Part shown: positions 47,598 to 59,113 of the stretch, in pieces
How the letters are laid out: each line of letters opens with the position of its first letter
Numbering within the stretch: the first letter of the stretch is position 1
DNA from: an uncultured virus (IMG/VR IMGVR_UViG_3300040806_001404)
Lineage: Duplodnaviria > Heunggongvirae > Uroviricota > Caudoviricetes
Length of the DNA: 64,000 nt
Direction: 5' to 3' (one strand)
IMG/VR virus record: IMGVR_UViG_3300040806_001404
The notes under the pieces: model-generated
The model's database searches: none
What the model saw: the letters and a program-made list of their open reading frames with translations, nothing else
Told to the model about the DNA's origin: nothing
Position numbers and translations under genes: made by a program

Positions 47598-50500
47598 CTA
47601 CGTTGCGCAAATTGCTCTAAAGTCTTTTACTTTAGGCGGAGTTGAAGATACAGTTGAACGTAATACTATTTTAAACTGTATTGTACCAAAGCTCGCATTG
47701 CTTAATACTGTTTCATCAATATCATATCTTACTTCTGAATATGAATTTTCATTAACTGGTATTGATTCAGCTGGTGTTGCAGCAATAAAAGCAACATCAC
47801 TAATATCTGCAGATGAACCACCTTCTAAGAATCTATAATAAAGGTCTACATTAGATGAACCTGGTCTATTTACATTCATAAATACAGTTGCTGTATCGGC
47901 TTCTTCGTTTAATTCTACTTTCTTTGTAATATATCTAGTAAGTTCAGCACCACCAGACGTAACTGCTTCTGAACCACTATTTGAACTAACAATATTTTGT
48001 ATTGTATGTACTGATGCTCTGTTCATATCTATTACTGGAGATAAAGCTTCATCAGTTGTACTTAATACACATCTAATTGATAATGATTTATTACTACTCA
48101 TATTTTGAGATTCTTGTATTGCTGAACCTACCATTTTTGGTGCAATAAATGTAAAGTTTTTATTTGGTAATATTTCAAATTCAGCTGAAGGTTGATGCGC
48201 TGCTTCTGAGCCATCAATACTTTGTGAGCTATATATAGTAGCAAAGAATCTTAAAGAGGTTCCAGGTACTTGTAAATTTTGTAATACCGGATGCATTACA
48301 TCAATATGTCTGTTTTCTGATGCTGTAACTGATGAACCACCACCTGCTCCTGTTGCAGTTGCATTATTACTACCAGTTGCAGTAATTGTATAACTATCAT
48401 GAGTAATATTACTTATTGTATATGTGCCATCAATATCACTTCCTGTAATACCATTTGTAGTAGCTGCTCCTGCAATTGTTACTTGAGATGCTGAATCATG
48501 CATACCATGATTTTTATGTGTAACTGTAATAACTTTAGAACCACTTGTTGTCGCTAGTGGATTACCTACAAGTTTACGTACAGGTAATACATCATTAACT
48601 AAAGTAATTTCTGCTGATGACCCAGTAAATGAAGCTCTATTTAGTTTAAATTTTAAATCTTTACTTTGTTCTGGTGTCCATGTTGAAGCATTTTGTGAAC
48701 TAAAGAATACACCATTATATGGTTGTTTTGTAATTCTTTCAGATGAATTTGTTAAATCAAATCCACCCATTTCAGCAACATATACTTCATAACCATCTGA
48801 TTGTGATGTTATAACAATTGCATATTCAGTATCTTGTGAAAGATAAACTGGATAATCAAAAGCAAAGTTTGTAGCAACTGATGCATTTGCATTTGCAAAA
48901 TCAGCTATAGAAGTACCAGCTTGTGTAGCTATTTCACTTGGATATAAAATTTTATCTGCACCTGGTACTATTCTTTGTGTTGGTGTACCATTTTGAGTTG
49001 TTCTTATTGTAACTCTTACCGGTACTGCAGCATCTATTGTCTTAAAGAATAAGTCAACTGATTTTGCAAAGATTCCACCAGCTTTATCAATTAATATAGT
49101 TTCTGCTAATGGGTCTACCCATTCTGTTGTTTCATTTACTTGAGTATCGACAAGAGTTCTATCTTGATTTAATTCTGATTGTACTAATCTTGGAACTTTT
49201 GTAGATACAACTCTACTTTCCACTGATTCAATTAAACCTTGTGCATGATACTGAGCTTCGGCATAGGTGGTTTCGCTATCTTTATTGTTTGTAGAACTGT
49301 CTGTAAGTCTAAATTCTCTTACACCAGTTTGGAACTTAAGAGCGGCATTTCTTGGTATAATAAACGAACCTGTTACTATGCCTGAAGCATCTGTAATTAA
49401 ATCTGAATTAGATGGATGCACAGTTACATTTTCATAACTACTTACTTGTGACCTATCAGAAAATTCAGCAAAGCTTTCTTCTGCACAATAATTTGTAACG
49501 TTAACACCATCAAAGAAAGCGTATACTTTTGTACTTGGTTTTAATAATTGCGCTTTAAAATATATTTTTCTAGAACGTATAAATGGTACAAAGTTAACTT
49601 CAACAACTCTTGTTCCATCTGTTCTTTGTACTGTATCAAAAGCCAAATCAGTTCTTAGACCAGCTCTTGATTGATTTTGTGTAGTTGTAGTAGCGGTAAT
49701 TGTTGTTTGGCTATCGCCTAATCTACCTGTGCCTATTCCAAAGAATCCATCTTCAAAAGGTAAACCTCTAAAATTAACTCTATTACCAGTTCTTTGTGTG
49801 TCTACATCAACTTCTATACCTGTCCAATTTGTTTCCCATTCGTTCCATACTGTTCCTAATATACCAGTTTCTTCTGCCATTTGAGCAAACTGGTCATAAG
49901 CTGATGAATCATCAATGATAACAGTTGGTCTTACATCTGTTTCTTTCCACTCATCACCTTCTGGTGAAAGCTCACATAAACCTGCCCAACTAAATACGTT
50001 ATATGGATTTACATTCGAAGCAAATGATGAATATGGTTGATTAATATAATTTGTTTCTGTATGAGGCATGGTTACGATTGAACCATTTTTTACTGCTGTT
50101 CCACTATCAGAAGATAATCTTACTAAGTTTACATTTCTTTCATCAAATTTAGGTCTTAATATACCAGCATTTTTATCAATAGCTGCAGCATAATCTGGAT
50201 TTGATGTATCAGCAACATTATGTCCTCTAAATCCATCTACAATAAATCCATTTTTTAATCTAGAATTATTACCATCAAAAAGTTCTACGTCAGCAGCACT
50301 TTGTTCTAATAAAGATAGTGATGTATAATATTCTAGGTTTTTAATTCTTTTGTCTAATGAACCAATATCTTTCATTGTATATCTTCTGTTATCAATGATT
50401 TCTGGTTTTACATCACTTAGACTATATACATAAGGATTTAATTTTAAATTGTATATACCCATTGCATCTTCTGGAGTTTCTGGAGCCTTAGGTGTTAAAC

Positions 50501-52886
50501 TTGGAACACCAACTTCTGTTTTAAATTCACCTTTACGTGTGATATAAATCTTATCGATTCTTGGCATATAGTGAGTGACTTCAGCAAGTGTAGCATGACC
50601 TGGTTTTGGTGGCTGCGGATTTGAACCACCTGTGTCTGTAAAGTTATTAGCACCATCAGCTTTTCTTGGTCTAAAGTCAATACAATCTCTTAATTGAACT
50701 AAACCTTGTTGGCTACTAAATGTTGGAATAGTATTATAATCTGCAGTTGGATATGAATCAACTGTGAAATAGTCTCCTGAACCATGCGAATAATAATCAA
50801 AAGTAACTGTAATATTACCTGATGGTGTTGGAAATCCTGGTTTAAGATTTACTTTACCAATGTCGTAATAATTATCTCTTTGACCATTATCTAATGTAAA
50901 TCTTTCAGTAATATCTGTTGATTGTGCATCTGTGACTGACACAATTCTTATAATATCTGCTTTACCTAAACTTAAAGAACCACTTGATAAAGCTCCTGTT
51001 ACAGTTACATTATCATGTGGTTGTTTTGTTTTATGTAAAAGGTTTTTCTGGACGTCTGCCATAACCTTTAAAGTTGTTGAGCCTGGTGTAACTCCACCTA
51101 CATCACTAAATGTTAATGTAGTAGAACCATCGCCACCAGCTGATATTGTTGGTGAAACATCAACTAATCCTGTTCCTAATGAAGCAGTAATTGATGATGT
51201 ATTAGTAAATGTTCCTTGCCCAATTGCAATACTAATTGAATTCCCTGATGTTTCAAATAGTTGTTTTACTACATAAATTGTATCGACATCTGAAGGAGTT
51301 GCTGCAGTATATAAAGTTTTGACTGCGTTATATGGAAGTTTAAATACTAATCCATTATTACCAACATCAAATAAATTACCTACTGAAGCTAAATCTCCAA
51401 CAAAGTTTTGAGTTGTTCCTGTTTGGTTTACACTTTGTACTGAACTAAATGAATTAGAACCAGTCATTGATATATCAAATAAGTAAAGTCTTAACTCAGT
51501 TCCTATATATTCTAAAGACCGAGCTCTAGCTGTACCAATAACACTTCCACCTTGTGCAGTTGCATTATGTAAATTTAATGTTGCAAATTCATTTACATCT
51601 GGCATACCCTTTACTGTTGAAGCTGTTAACTTAACATAGTTTCCTACTGGTATACTTGTTGTTGCAACATTGACATTATTTGTAGCGTTAGCTCCTCTTG
51701 GTTTTTCTATAATTAGATTTTTTGTTGTATTATTTTGAACTCTAAATCCTTTAACGTAAGCAACTGATGGGTCTATACCAATTGATAATCGATTATCACC
51801 GTATGTTGTGGCTGCACTTGTGTTACCAGCATCTCCATCAGCAATAATTTCTGCAGTTGTTTTAAAACCAAAATTACTACCAGTGTTTAAATATTCTCTA
51901 GGATTAATTTGAAATGGTTCAACGACGTAATCGCCAGATTCTTCAAATGTTCTTCTTGCTAATCTTTCTGTTAATTCTGTACCACCAGTTTTATCTGTTT
52001 TATCTACTGCAGCTTTACCATCTTCTATTACAACTAATGTAATGTAATCATTTTCTGTTCTTGATGCTAATGCTAATGGTTCTTTTATAAGTTGTGTAGA
52101 TATTTTATATCTATTTGCACCTGGTGCCGCTGTGTTTGGAACACCTTGTGCATTATCTAATAATGTAGTATCTGTTCCTGAATCGACTATAGATTCTGTG
52201 ACTTTTAAACCTATAATATAATTTGGTGTATTTGTATATTTGTCTAATATTAAAGAACCGGCTGGAACATAAGCAAAAGTTCCTGATATAAAGTAAACAC
52301 CTTCTTCAATATTAATAGCTGAACCATATCCTGTTGGAGTTGAAATAGATGAAGCTGTATTAGAACCATCTATATTATTTCCTCCACCAACCATTCCATA
52401 TCTTACAGGACTTCCATTTGAAGTTAATTCTTCTCCCGCAGCAAATGTTGATGTAGTATTATTTGAACCTGAATTAGTATATGTAACATATAAAGTTGCA
52501 GCATCTCCACCAGAAACAGCAGCAACTTGTAATACTTTTGCAGTTACACCAGTTGTTGCACCAGTAATTGTTGTACCTACAAATTCAGATAAATAGTTAT
52601 CTGCATTTAATGCACCAGCTGTTGAATGAGTAAATGATGATTCTATTTTTACAAAATCATATTCTACATTTAATGTGACTTTACCATTTACAACTCTTGA
52701 ACCATCTTTAAAGGCGTATTGACCATAACGGTCTATTTGAGCTTGTAACGCTGTTTGTAATTGTGTAAGCTCTCTTGCTTGAACTGCATATCCTGGTCTA
52801 AATAAGACTCTATGATAATTTTTTGTTTCATCAAAATCATCGTAATATGGTGATGCGGTATATTTTTTTACTACTGTTGTTGCCAT
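47598..52886 (-). CDS. VrlC-like (DUF4815) large virion structural protein
   Basis: PYYDDFDE.KNYHRVLFRPG.AVQARELTQLQ, LARRTFEESGDY, RRYTMKDIG.L.KRI.NLEYYTSLSLLE, DPLAET, W...QS.DLKF. Confidence 0.88.
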   Translation of the reverse strand: MATTVVKKYTASPYYDDFDETKNYHRVLFRPGYAVQARELTQLQTALQAQIDRYGQYAFKDGSRVVNGKVTLNVEYDFVKIESSFTHSTAGALNADNYLSEFVGTTITGATTGVTAKVLQVAAVSGGDAATLYVTYTNSGSNNTTSTFAAGEELTSNGSPVRYGMVGGGNNIDGSNTASSISTPTGYGSAINIEEGVYFISGTFAYVPAGSLILDKYTNTPNYIIGLKVTESIVDSGTDTTLLDNAQGVPNTAAPGANRYKISTQLIKEPLALASRTENDYITLVVIEDGKAAVDKTDKTGGTELTERLARRTFEESGDYVVEPFQINPREYLNTGSNFGFKTTAEIIADGDAGNTSAATTYGDNRLSIGIDPSVAYVKGFRVQNNTTKNLIIEKPRGANATNNVNVATTSIPVGNYVKLTASTVKGMPDVNEFATLNLHNATAQGGSVIGTARARSLEYIGTELRLYLFDISMTGSNSFSSVQSVNQTGTTQNFVGDLASVGNLFDVGNNGLVFKLPYNAVKTLYTAATPSDVDTIYVVKQLFETSGNSISIAIGQGTFTNTSSITASLGTGLVDVSPTISAGGDGSTTLTFSDVGGVTPGSTTLKVMADVQKNLLHKTKQPHDNVTVTGALSSGSLSLGKADIIRIVSVTDAQSTDITERFTLDNGQRDNYYDIGKVNLKPGFPTPSGNITVTFDYYSHGSGDYFTVDSYPTADYNTIPTFSSQQGLVQLRDCIDFRPRKADGANNFTDTGGSNPQPPKPGHATLAEVTHYMPRIDKIYITRKGEFKTEVGVPSLTPKAPETPEDAMGIYNLKLNPYVYSLSDVKPEIIDNRRYTMKDIGSLDKRIKNLEYYTSLSLLEQSAADVELFDGNNSRLKNGFIVDGFRGHNVADTSNPDYAAAIDKNAGILRPKFDERNVNLVRLSSDSGTAVKNGSIVTMPHTETNYINQPYSSFASNVNPYNVFSWAGLCELSPEGDEWKETDVRPTVIIDDSSAYDQFAQMAEETGILGTVWNEWETNWTGIEVDVDTQRTGNRVNFRGLPFEDGFFGIGTGRLGDSQTTITATTTTQNQSRAGLRTDLAFDTVQRTDGTRVVEVNFVPFIRSRKIYFKAQLLKPSTKVYAFFDGVNVTNYCAEESFAEFSDRSQVSSYENVTVHPSNSDLITDASGIVTGSFIIPRNAALKFQTGVREFRLTDSSTNNKDSETTYAEAQYHAQGLIESVESRVVSTKVPRLVQSELNQDRTLVDTQVNETTEWVDPLAETILIDKAGGIFAKSVDLFFKTIDAAVPVRVTIRTTQNGTPTQRIVPGADKILYPSEIATQAGTSIADFANANASVATNFAFDYPVYLSQDTEYAIVITSQSDGYEVYVAEMGGFDLTNSSERITKQPYNGVFFSSQNASTWTPEQSKDLKFKLNRASFTGSSAEITLVNDVLPVRKLVGNPLATTSGSKVITVTHKNHGMHDSASQVTIAGAATTNGITGSDIDGTYTISNITHDSYTITATGSNNATATGAGGGSSVTASENRHIDVMHPVLQNLQVPGTSLRFFATIYSSQSIDGSEAAHQPSAEFEILPNKNFTFIAPKMVGSAIQESQNMSSNKSLSIRCVLSTTDEALSPVIDMNRASVHTIQNIVSSNSGSEAVTSGGAELTRYITKKVELNEEADTATVFMNVNRPGSSNVDLYYRFLEGGSSADISDVAFIAATPAESIPVNENSYSEVRYDIDETVLSNASFGTIQFKIVLRSTVSSTPPKVKDFRAICAT

Positions 52887-52910
52887 AAATTTCTTCTCTT
52901 TCTAATTATA

Positions 52911-54518
52911 TTAGAATTCAATTATTACTTTAATATCTTCAATCTGTGTTGTGGTTCTACTAATTGGATTTCTATTTTCTAAAAATAATATTTCTCCACT
53001 TGCTCTATCAACTTCAGGGTTACCAACTGCATTGGATGATTCTAATGTATCTGCCTGGTTTGATGATTGACCAGTAACTACTTCGCCATTTACAAAAGCC
53101 TTATATCCTGTTTTTGAATTTTGATGGTATCTTAAATAACCATTTGATGTATCTTTTTCTACTACGTAAGCTTGAGCTCCACCTGCTCCTACAATTAACT
53201 CATCAACTGTATAATTAGCTACTGTTGCAGATGAATTAAAATCTAAATAACTTGTAGCTTTTAAAGTATCTGCTGTTGCAATATTACCAGCTAATGGACC
53301 ATTCGAGCTATAATCTCTTGGTTCATTAATTAATGTAATTTGTCTGAAATCGTTACCTACTGTTAAATCACCACCGTCGTTTCCGTCTAATTTTGTGTTA
53401 AGAGCTATAAAGAATCCACCAAGTTCTGATACTGGGTCAACTCCATGTCCTGCTTTAGGAGCAATTACTGCTCTTGCTGTTGCATCTGAACCAGCTCCAC
53501 CTGAAATTACGATATCTGCTACTCTGTAATTAGTACCTTTGTTTGCAATTGTGACACCGGTCACTGCACCATTTGATACTGTAATACCACTTGTTGTTGT
53601 GACTGTTGCTCCAGTTCCGTCTCCAGTTATAGTTGCAGCTACGTTACTATTACTTGTATAACCTGTTCCACCAGCCGTGACTTCAATTCTTTCAATACCT
53701 GCAGCTGTTGAAGACAACTCAGAAGCTTTTTGGTTTAAGTATTGAGCGTAATCTGCTTCTGATAAAACAGCTTCTGCGTCGGCATCTGCTGCAAAGGCAA
53801 AAGTTAATATAGTAGATGCAGCCACACTTCCTGATGGAGCTCCACTTAATGTTAATACTGAACCGTTAATAGCTGAAACAGTTTTAGATGAACCAATATT
53901 AGTTCCAGTCACTGTCATTCCTACAGTAATACCAGGAACAGTTTCTGTTAAGGTTATACTTGCTGTTGCTGAAGTTGCAGCTACTGTTGCACTTGCACTA
54001 AGTGGAACGGTTTTAACTGGCATATAACTATTTGTTAAGAATTTTTCAGCATCAGCAACAGATATTGTATACATATATTTCCATGTATATCCATCTGATT
54101 CAGCTGTTGGGGCTGTTAATGTTTGAGTTGGTTGAATGCTTGAAGCACCTCCACCAGCTTTTATACATTTATAAACTTTAAATTCTGACGTAACAATATA
54201 AAATGCTTTATCGAATATACTTGCATCGTCTGAATCCCATGCATAGTATGAATTTCCTGAAGTCCAAGTATGTCTTGGTACAACATGAGCAATATCAGCA
54301 GGTACAATTTTCTTTAAGCCTATAAGGTTTGCTCTTGCTTCTCCTATTTGGTCTAAGTTATCTGCTGGAGTAAAAGGTGTTGTATCTGTAGTATCTGATG
54401 TAGTTAAAGACCAGACATCTGATTTGCCTATTCCTACATAAACACTTGAGCCTTCTATTTGCTCTTTAAAATGTCTACCATTTAAAGTTCTAAAATTTGA
54501 TGTGATGATTGCTGCCAT
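52911..54518 (-). CDS. gp8: baseplate wedge subunit
   Basis: MAAIIT..FR, VPR..W, VYKCI, DGYTWKYMYTI, GHG.DP..ELG, NDFRQI, ENRNPI.R...Q.EDIK.IIEF. Confidence 0.9.
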   Translation of the reverse strand: MAAIITSNFRTLNGRHFKEQIEGSSVYVGIGKSDVWSLTTSDTTDTTPFTPADNLDQIGEARANLIGLKKIVPADIAHVVPRHTWTSGNSYYAWDSDDASIFDKAFYIVTSEFKVYKCIKAGGGASSIQPTQTLTAPTAESDGYTWKYMYTISVADAEKFLTNSYMPVKTVPLSASATVAATSATASITLTETVPGITVGMTVTGTNIGSSKTVSAINGSVLTLSGAPSGSVAASTILTFAFAADADAEAVLSEADYAQYLNQKASELSSTAAGIERIEVTAGGTGYTSNSNVAATITGDGTGATVTTTSGITVSNGAVTGVTIANKGTNYRVADIVISGGAGSDATARAVIAPKAGHGVDPVSELGGFFIALNTKLDGNDGGDLTVGNDFRQITLINEPRDYSSNGPLAGNIATADTLKATSYLDFNSSATVANYTVDELIVGAGGAQAYVVEKDTSNGYLRYHQNSKTGYKAFVNGEVVTGQSSNQADTLESSNAVGNPEVDRASGEILFLENRNPISRTTTQIEDIKVIIEF

Positions 54519-54532
54519 TCTTCTGTCCTGAT

Positions 54533-57271
54533 TTATTCAATATGTACAAATGTACTTGTGTTATTATTATTTATATCACTTGAGTTGATAGTTTGTAACG
54601 TTTTACTACCTAAAAACTCAATTGTTTGGTTAGTATTATAAAGCCTAGCTGTATTATAAAAATTATCTGTGCCTTTTCTTTGTTTGTAATTATTATTTAT
54701 AATGGTTCTAAAATTTGTATTTACTACTTTAACTTTAGACTCTGGTAAAAATTTAACTGCAGTTCCTGTTGAAGTCATTATAGAACCAGTTGCTTGTACT
54801 GGATTTGTTTTAACTTCAGTTATTAATGTATCTACATGATTATGATTACAATTAACTTCTATTATTTCTTGTTGGTCCGCTACTCTTACTTCGTTATTTG
54901 CCTGACTTCCAATTTTAAGAACAGGGTCGTTTATATATCCACTTCCTGCATTTGTTATTGTTGCACCAGTTATCTCTCCTTTAAATATTTTAACAGCTCC
55001 TGCTATTATAGGAACTCTTAATCCTTCTGGAACTGGAGGTATACCAGTATTTGGGTCAGCTTGATATGCTGCATCTCCAAGTCTTTCTAAATCTTCTTCT
55101 GCTTGTGTCCATAATACATCATCTGAGGCAATTGTAAAATTAGCTGTTGCTGTAACGTTTGAAGATAAGAAAGCTCCTGTCGCATCTTTTGATTGAGGTA
55201 TAGGGAATGTTATTGTAGGAGCAACTAAAAAGTTTTTATCTGCCAATCCTACAACATCAATTGATGCTATACTCGTTGCATTTGGATTTGCAGGAACTGT
55301 TCCTACTAAATTTTGCCAATTTCTGCCTTCTGAATTTATAGTAATATCATCTTTATCTAATCTTCCTAATGAGTCTAAACCTACCGTCACAGACGGGTTC
55401 ACACCAGTAAGTCCTGGGAGGGATATACCATTAAAAGTGATTGACAGTGACGAACCAGTATAACCAAATCCTGGCTCTCCTATTGTAAGTGCTTCCAAAG
55501 CTCCGTCTAAAGTTGTGGCTGTTGCTGTTGCTGTTGCACCAGTTAAAGTATGCGATGTTCCGGAACCTACGCCTGATATATTAAGTTCTGCTCCACCTGC
55601 AGTTGCTGATAAAGAAATAGCATTACCTGTTATTGTTTTAACAAAATAAGTTGTACCAGAAACTAATCCACCTATTGCAGTTCCTCCACCACTATTATAT
55701 GTAATACTATCATTGGCTACCCATGAATTCTTTTGAGATGCTGTTAATGTTATATTATTATTTGAAACACTTACGATTGAACTACTCGAACCATCAAATG
55801 TTTGAGCTGTTGGAGCAGCAATTGATAAACTTGGAGTGTTATAATCTTTACCGCCATTACCTATTGTAATTGAAGATACTGAGCCATTTGTAAGAACAGC
55901 TGTTAATGCTGCTGTTGTAAACCCTGATGGAGTTCCAGTATCTGTAGATGTTATAACAGGAACTGCAGTATAACCACTTCCTCCGGAGGTTATTGTTGTT
56001 CCATTTATTATACCACTTTTTAAATCAACTGAAACAGTACCTGATTTATGAATCTTTGCTGTGATATTAGGTAAGAAAGTTGAAACAAACATTTCAACAA
56101 GTATTGGAACATCTTCTGGTCCAATAATACCTGGTTGTCTTTCTGGTATTGCTGATAAAACTTTTCTTATTGCTAATCCTAAATCATCTGTTCTTTTTCT
56201 ACCAGAAGGTTCTCCGTTTGGAGCTAGGTCTACGAAACCATTAGCATTAAAAATATCTTCTCCTAATACAGCTTTTGTTAATTGTAAGAATACTAATATC
56301 TCAGCAAAGTAAACAAATCCGGCTGGGTGAACTAATCTATTATATGATAGGTCCCAATCAGATAAATTTTTACCAGTCTTAATTAAATAAGAAAACTTTT
56401 GATATTTTTTACTATCTTGTACTACAATACTATCAGATAAAAATCCTTTATTATCTAAATATTGTCCACCCTTTGGAAGAGATGCATTAACATCCCAATT
56501 ACCGCTTGAAGGTATTAATACTTTATCATAAGGAAACTCTACTTCAGCAATATCATTAAATAATATTTTAAAAAATATCTCAATAGAATCTGATGAACCT
56601 CTTAATCTATAAAAGTCTATAATTTGTTTATAAAGAGTTCTTTTATCTACCGTAACTCCTCTTGGAATTGTAGCAGCAATTTCTTTTTGCATTAATTCTA
56701 AATAGCCTTCACTATTAGTATCAATATCCATTGCCTGTTCAATTGTATTCATTACATATGATGGACCTGGACCTACCCAATTCTTTTGTATTGTTGTTAA
56801 TTTAGCTGAAGAGTTATTATGAGCTGATAAACCGTTAACAGTAAACGTTTTACCTATTTCAGAGGTTGAATTGACGAGTGTGCCTGGCAGTTCATTACCA
56901 TTTGTTATTGCTACATTGACATCAGTTAAAGTTATATTAGTTGTTGTACCATCAGGCGCCGTTACAACAAGAGATGAGCCTGCACCGGTTTCATCTGTAA
57001 AAAACTTATTATTTTCGTTATTAGGGTCAGGTATTCTAAATTGTGCTTGGCCATTTAATACGACATCTGTAAAAACATTATTTTCTTGATAAATAAATTC
57101 ATCCATATTCATGAATGTATAATAAGCTTTTAAAAATTTATCTAACTTATCTTTATTTTCTAATATTTCAGAAGGTATTATTTGGTCTAGACGAATATCT
57201 TCTTTTGTTTGATTCAGCGTTCCTTGTTCGAGTTCAATCGCTCCAGGAGTTAATGTCTTTTTAAATGCCAT
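54533..57271 (-). CDS. gp7: baseplate wedge initiator; late promoter TATAAATA near its 3' end (54568-54575)
   Basis: FLKAYY, K.IIDFY..RGS..SI..FFKILF, QDS..YQ.FSY.IKT, LVHPAGF; lies between gp6 and gp8. Confidence 0.82.
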   Translation of the reverse strand: MAFKKTLTPGAIELEQGTLNQTKEDIRLDQIIPSEILENKDKLDKFLKAYYTFMNMDEFIYQENNVFTDVVLNGQAQFRIPDPNNENNKFFTDETGAGSSLVVTAPDGTTTNITLTDVNVAITNGNELPGTLVNSTSEIGKTFTVNGLSAHNNSSAKLTTIQKNWVGPGPSYVMNTIEQAMDIDTNSEGYLELMQKEIAATIPRGVTVDKRTLYKQIIDFYRLRGSSDSIEIFFKILFNDIAEVEFPYDKVLIPSSGNWDVNASLPKGGQYLDNKGFLSDSIVVQDSKKYQKFSYLIKTGKNLSDWDLSYNRLVHPAGFVYFAEILVFLQLTKAVLGEDIFNANGFVDLAPNGEPSGRKRTDDLGLAIRKVLSAIPERQPGIIGPEDVPILVEMFVSTFLPNITAKIHKSGTVSVDLKSGIINGTTITSGGSGYTAVPVITSTDTGTPSGFTTAALTAVLTNGSVSSITIGNGGKDYNTPSLSIAAPTAQTFDGSSSSIVSVSNNNITLTASQKNSWVANDSITYNSGGGTAIGGLVSGTTYFVKTITGNAISLSATAGGAELNISGVGSGTSHTLTGATATATATTLDGALEALTIGEPGFGYTGSSLSITFNGISLPGLTGVNPSVTVGLDSLGRLDKDDITINSEGRNWQNLVGTVPANPNATSIASIDVVGLADKNFLVAPTITFPIPQSKDATGAFLSSNVTATANFTIASDDVLWTQAEEDLERLGDAAYQADPNTGIPPVPEGLRVPIIAGAVKIFKGEITGATITNAGSGYINDPVLKIGSQANNEVRVADQQEIIEVNCNHNHVDTLITEVKTNPVQATGSIMTSTGTAVKFLPESKVKVVNTNFRTIINNNYKQRKGTDNFYNTARLYNTNQTIEFLGSKTLQTINSSDINNNNTSTFVHIE

Positions 57272-59112
57272 TATTTAAATCTTGATGTTGTTGTATAATC
57301 AATAGAACCAGCTGAACCTGCAGTTGCAATTGTATCTATTTCAGGAGTAATTACTACAAAATTATTATCTATAGATATTAATTGGTCTCTTTTTGGCGCT
57401 AGGTCTAATGAATTAGGAAGTACTGTAATTTTAATTTGAGCTGTTGTATCTGGTCTAAATTTATTTAAAATAATTGTTCCTTTATCTACATCTATTTCAC
57501 CAGCATCTGCAATTACTGTTGTATTAACTTGATTAACTACTTTATAAACAATTACATTTCTTTTTGTAGAATCAGCAATTGGTTCATCACCAAAGAAATG
57601 GTCAACATTATTTATTTTAAATGCTGAAGAAGATATTAAAAATGCTGTTGAATTACCTGACTGATAGAAAGGAGATGAAAAACTTAAACTAAAGTTATTA
57701 TCTGCATTATTTAAAGGTGTAATATATTGAAACATCCTTGGTCTTACAGTAGTGTTTAATATTGATGGGTCAGAATTATCTATATTTCTTGTTAATTGCG
57801 AGTGTCTAAATACACCATCAAATTTATTTAAATTATTAAAGTTATAATCTGTGATTGTATCTCTTACAACTGATTGTAATTCTACAGAACTTCTATCTGT
57901 TAAATTAGGATTATATTTAAATGAAACATCTAATTCTAAATAAGTAAAATTAGGGTCAACAATTTGTGGTGTAATTGATACAACGTTTTTACCTTTTAAT
58001 ATTGCACCTGTAATATTTGTTTTTTCAGCTGTTGTAAGTGTATTTGCTAATAAAGGTTTAATACAAACATATACTCTTCCATAATCAGGTGGGTCATTAT
58101 CTTCACCACCCCATGTTGAGATAGAATCTATATTACTAAATTCCTTTTTAATAATAGATGCATAGTCATCGGCTGTCACAGCTCTGTTTTGTGATATAAA
58201 AGTAAGTGGAGCATTAAATCTTATTGACTCCATTGATTCTTCATCGGCTCCACCGGCAGCTGCAGTATCTAATGTCACTGCAATACTATCGTATCCACCA
58301 ATTTCATCTACCATAGTAAACGAATTTGCACCATTACTTTCTTTACCTTTTGTAATTACATAATCGATTGTAACGATATTATTATTAGTAGGTTTAAATC
58401 CAGTTACGCCATCTCCAAAATATACTTCATAATAACCACTTGGATTTTCTTGTAAATAATAAACTTTTGATGTAGAATCTATACCTTTTAATGATTCAAA
58501 TTTAGTATATACATCAAATGCTGTTGATTCTTCGTTCGCCTGTACACGTACGCGTAACGTACTGGTATCTGCGTCATAGTCTGAGAGTTGAAATTTCTGA
58601 TTCTCTATATCATTATCAACTCTATATTTTAATTCTCTTGTTGTTCCTTCAACAATTATAACATCATTAAATGTCCAAGTTGAACCACTTAATGTAGCTT
58701 GTTGATTTTCTAATACAACATACTGAAACTCTTCACCACTTACAACAGTATTTAATTTAGTTCCTTTTGTAAGTTCTAATATCGTTGGTATAACTCCACT
58801 ATTTGGTTTAGTAACAACAATATCTACTTTAGCTCTTGGTGATAAAACAGACCTAGGTGTATATCCTAATAACTTAGCTCTTGTTACGACATTACCTCTT
58901 ATTTGAGCTGAATCTAAAAAAGATTCATTTAATGAATAATGAGCGTTTAAAGCATTGTAATGAGTATTATAAGCTAATACATCTAATAAAACATTAAGAC
59001 CTGAACCATCAAAGTCATAATCATTAAATTCTGTTTGTTGTTTTAAAAAGTTTTTGAGATTATTTTTTATATCTGCAAAATCTAGTTCCGTTACGTTTAA
59101 ATTTGTTGCCAT
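57271..59112 (-). CDS. gp6: baseplate wedge subunit
   Basis: LDF..IK.NLK.FL, DYDFDGS.L..LLDVLAYNTHY, FGDGV.G, QNRAVTADDY, WGGEDN.PP.YG. Confidence 0.95.
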   Translation of the reverse strand: MATNLNVTELDFADIKNNLKNFLKQQTEFNDYDFDGSGLNVLLDVLAYNTHYNALNAHYSLNESFLDSAQIRGNVVTRAKLLGYTPRSVLSPRAKVDIVVTKPNSGVIPTILELTKGTKLNTVVSGEEFQYVVLENQQATLSGSTWTFNDVIIVEGTTRELKYRVDNDIENQKFQLSDYDADTSTLRVRVQANEESTAFDVYTKFESLKGIDSTSKVYYLQENPSGYYEVYFGDGVTGFKPTNNNIVTIDYVITKGKESNGANSFTMVDEIGGYDSIAVTLDTAAAGGADEESMESIRFNAPLTFISQNRAVTADDYASIIKKEFSNIDSISTWGGEDNDPPDYGRVYVCIKPLLANTLTTAEKTNITGAILKGKNVVSITPQIVDPNFTYLELDVSFKYNPNLTDRSSVELQSVVRDTITDYNFNNLNKFDGVFRHSQLTRNIDNSDPSILNTTVRPRMFQYITPLNNADNNFSLSFSSPFYQSGNSTAFLISSSAFKINNVDHFFGDEPIADSTKRNVIVYKVVNQVNTTVIADAGEIDVDKGTIILNKFRPDTTAQIKITVLPNSLDLAPKRDQLISIDNNFVVITPEIDTIATAGSAGSIDYTTTSRFK

Positions 59113-59113
59113 T

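Noticed and set aside
88..50680. Short alternative-frame minus-strand ORFs (88-279, 5427-5639, 6046-6312, 17961-18146, 38678-38860, 39929-40138, 40247-40456, 50495-50680)
   Set aside because: They are nested out of frame in supported genes, with no independent evidence.
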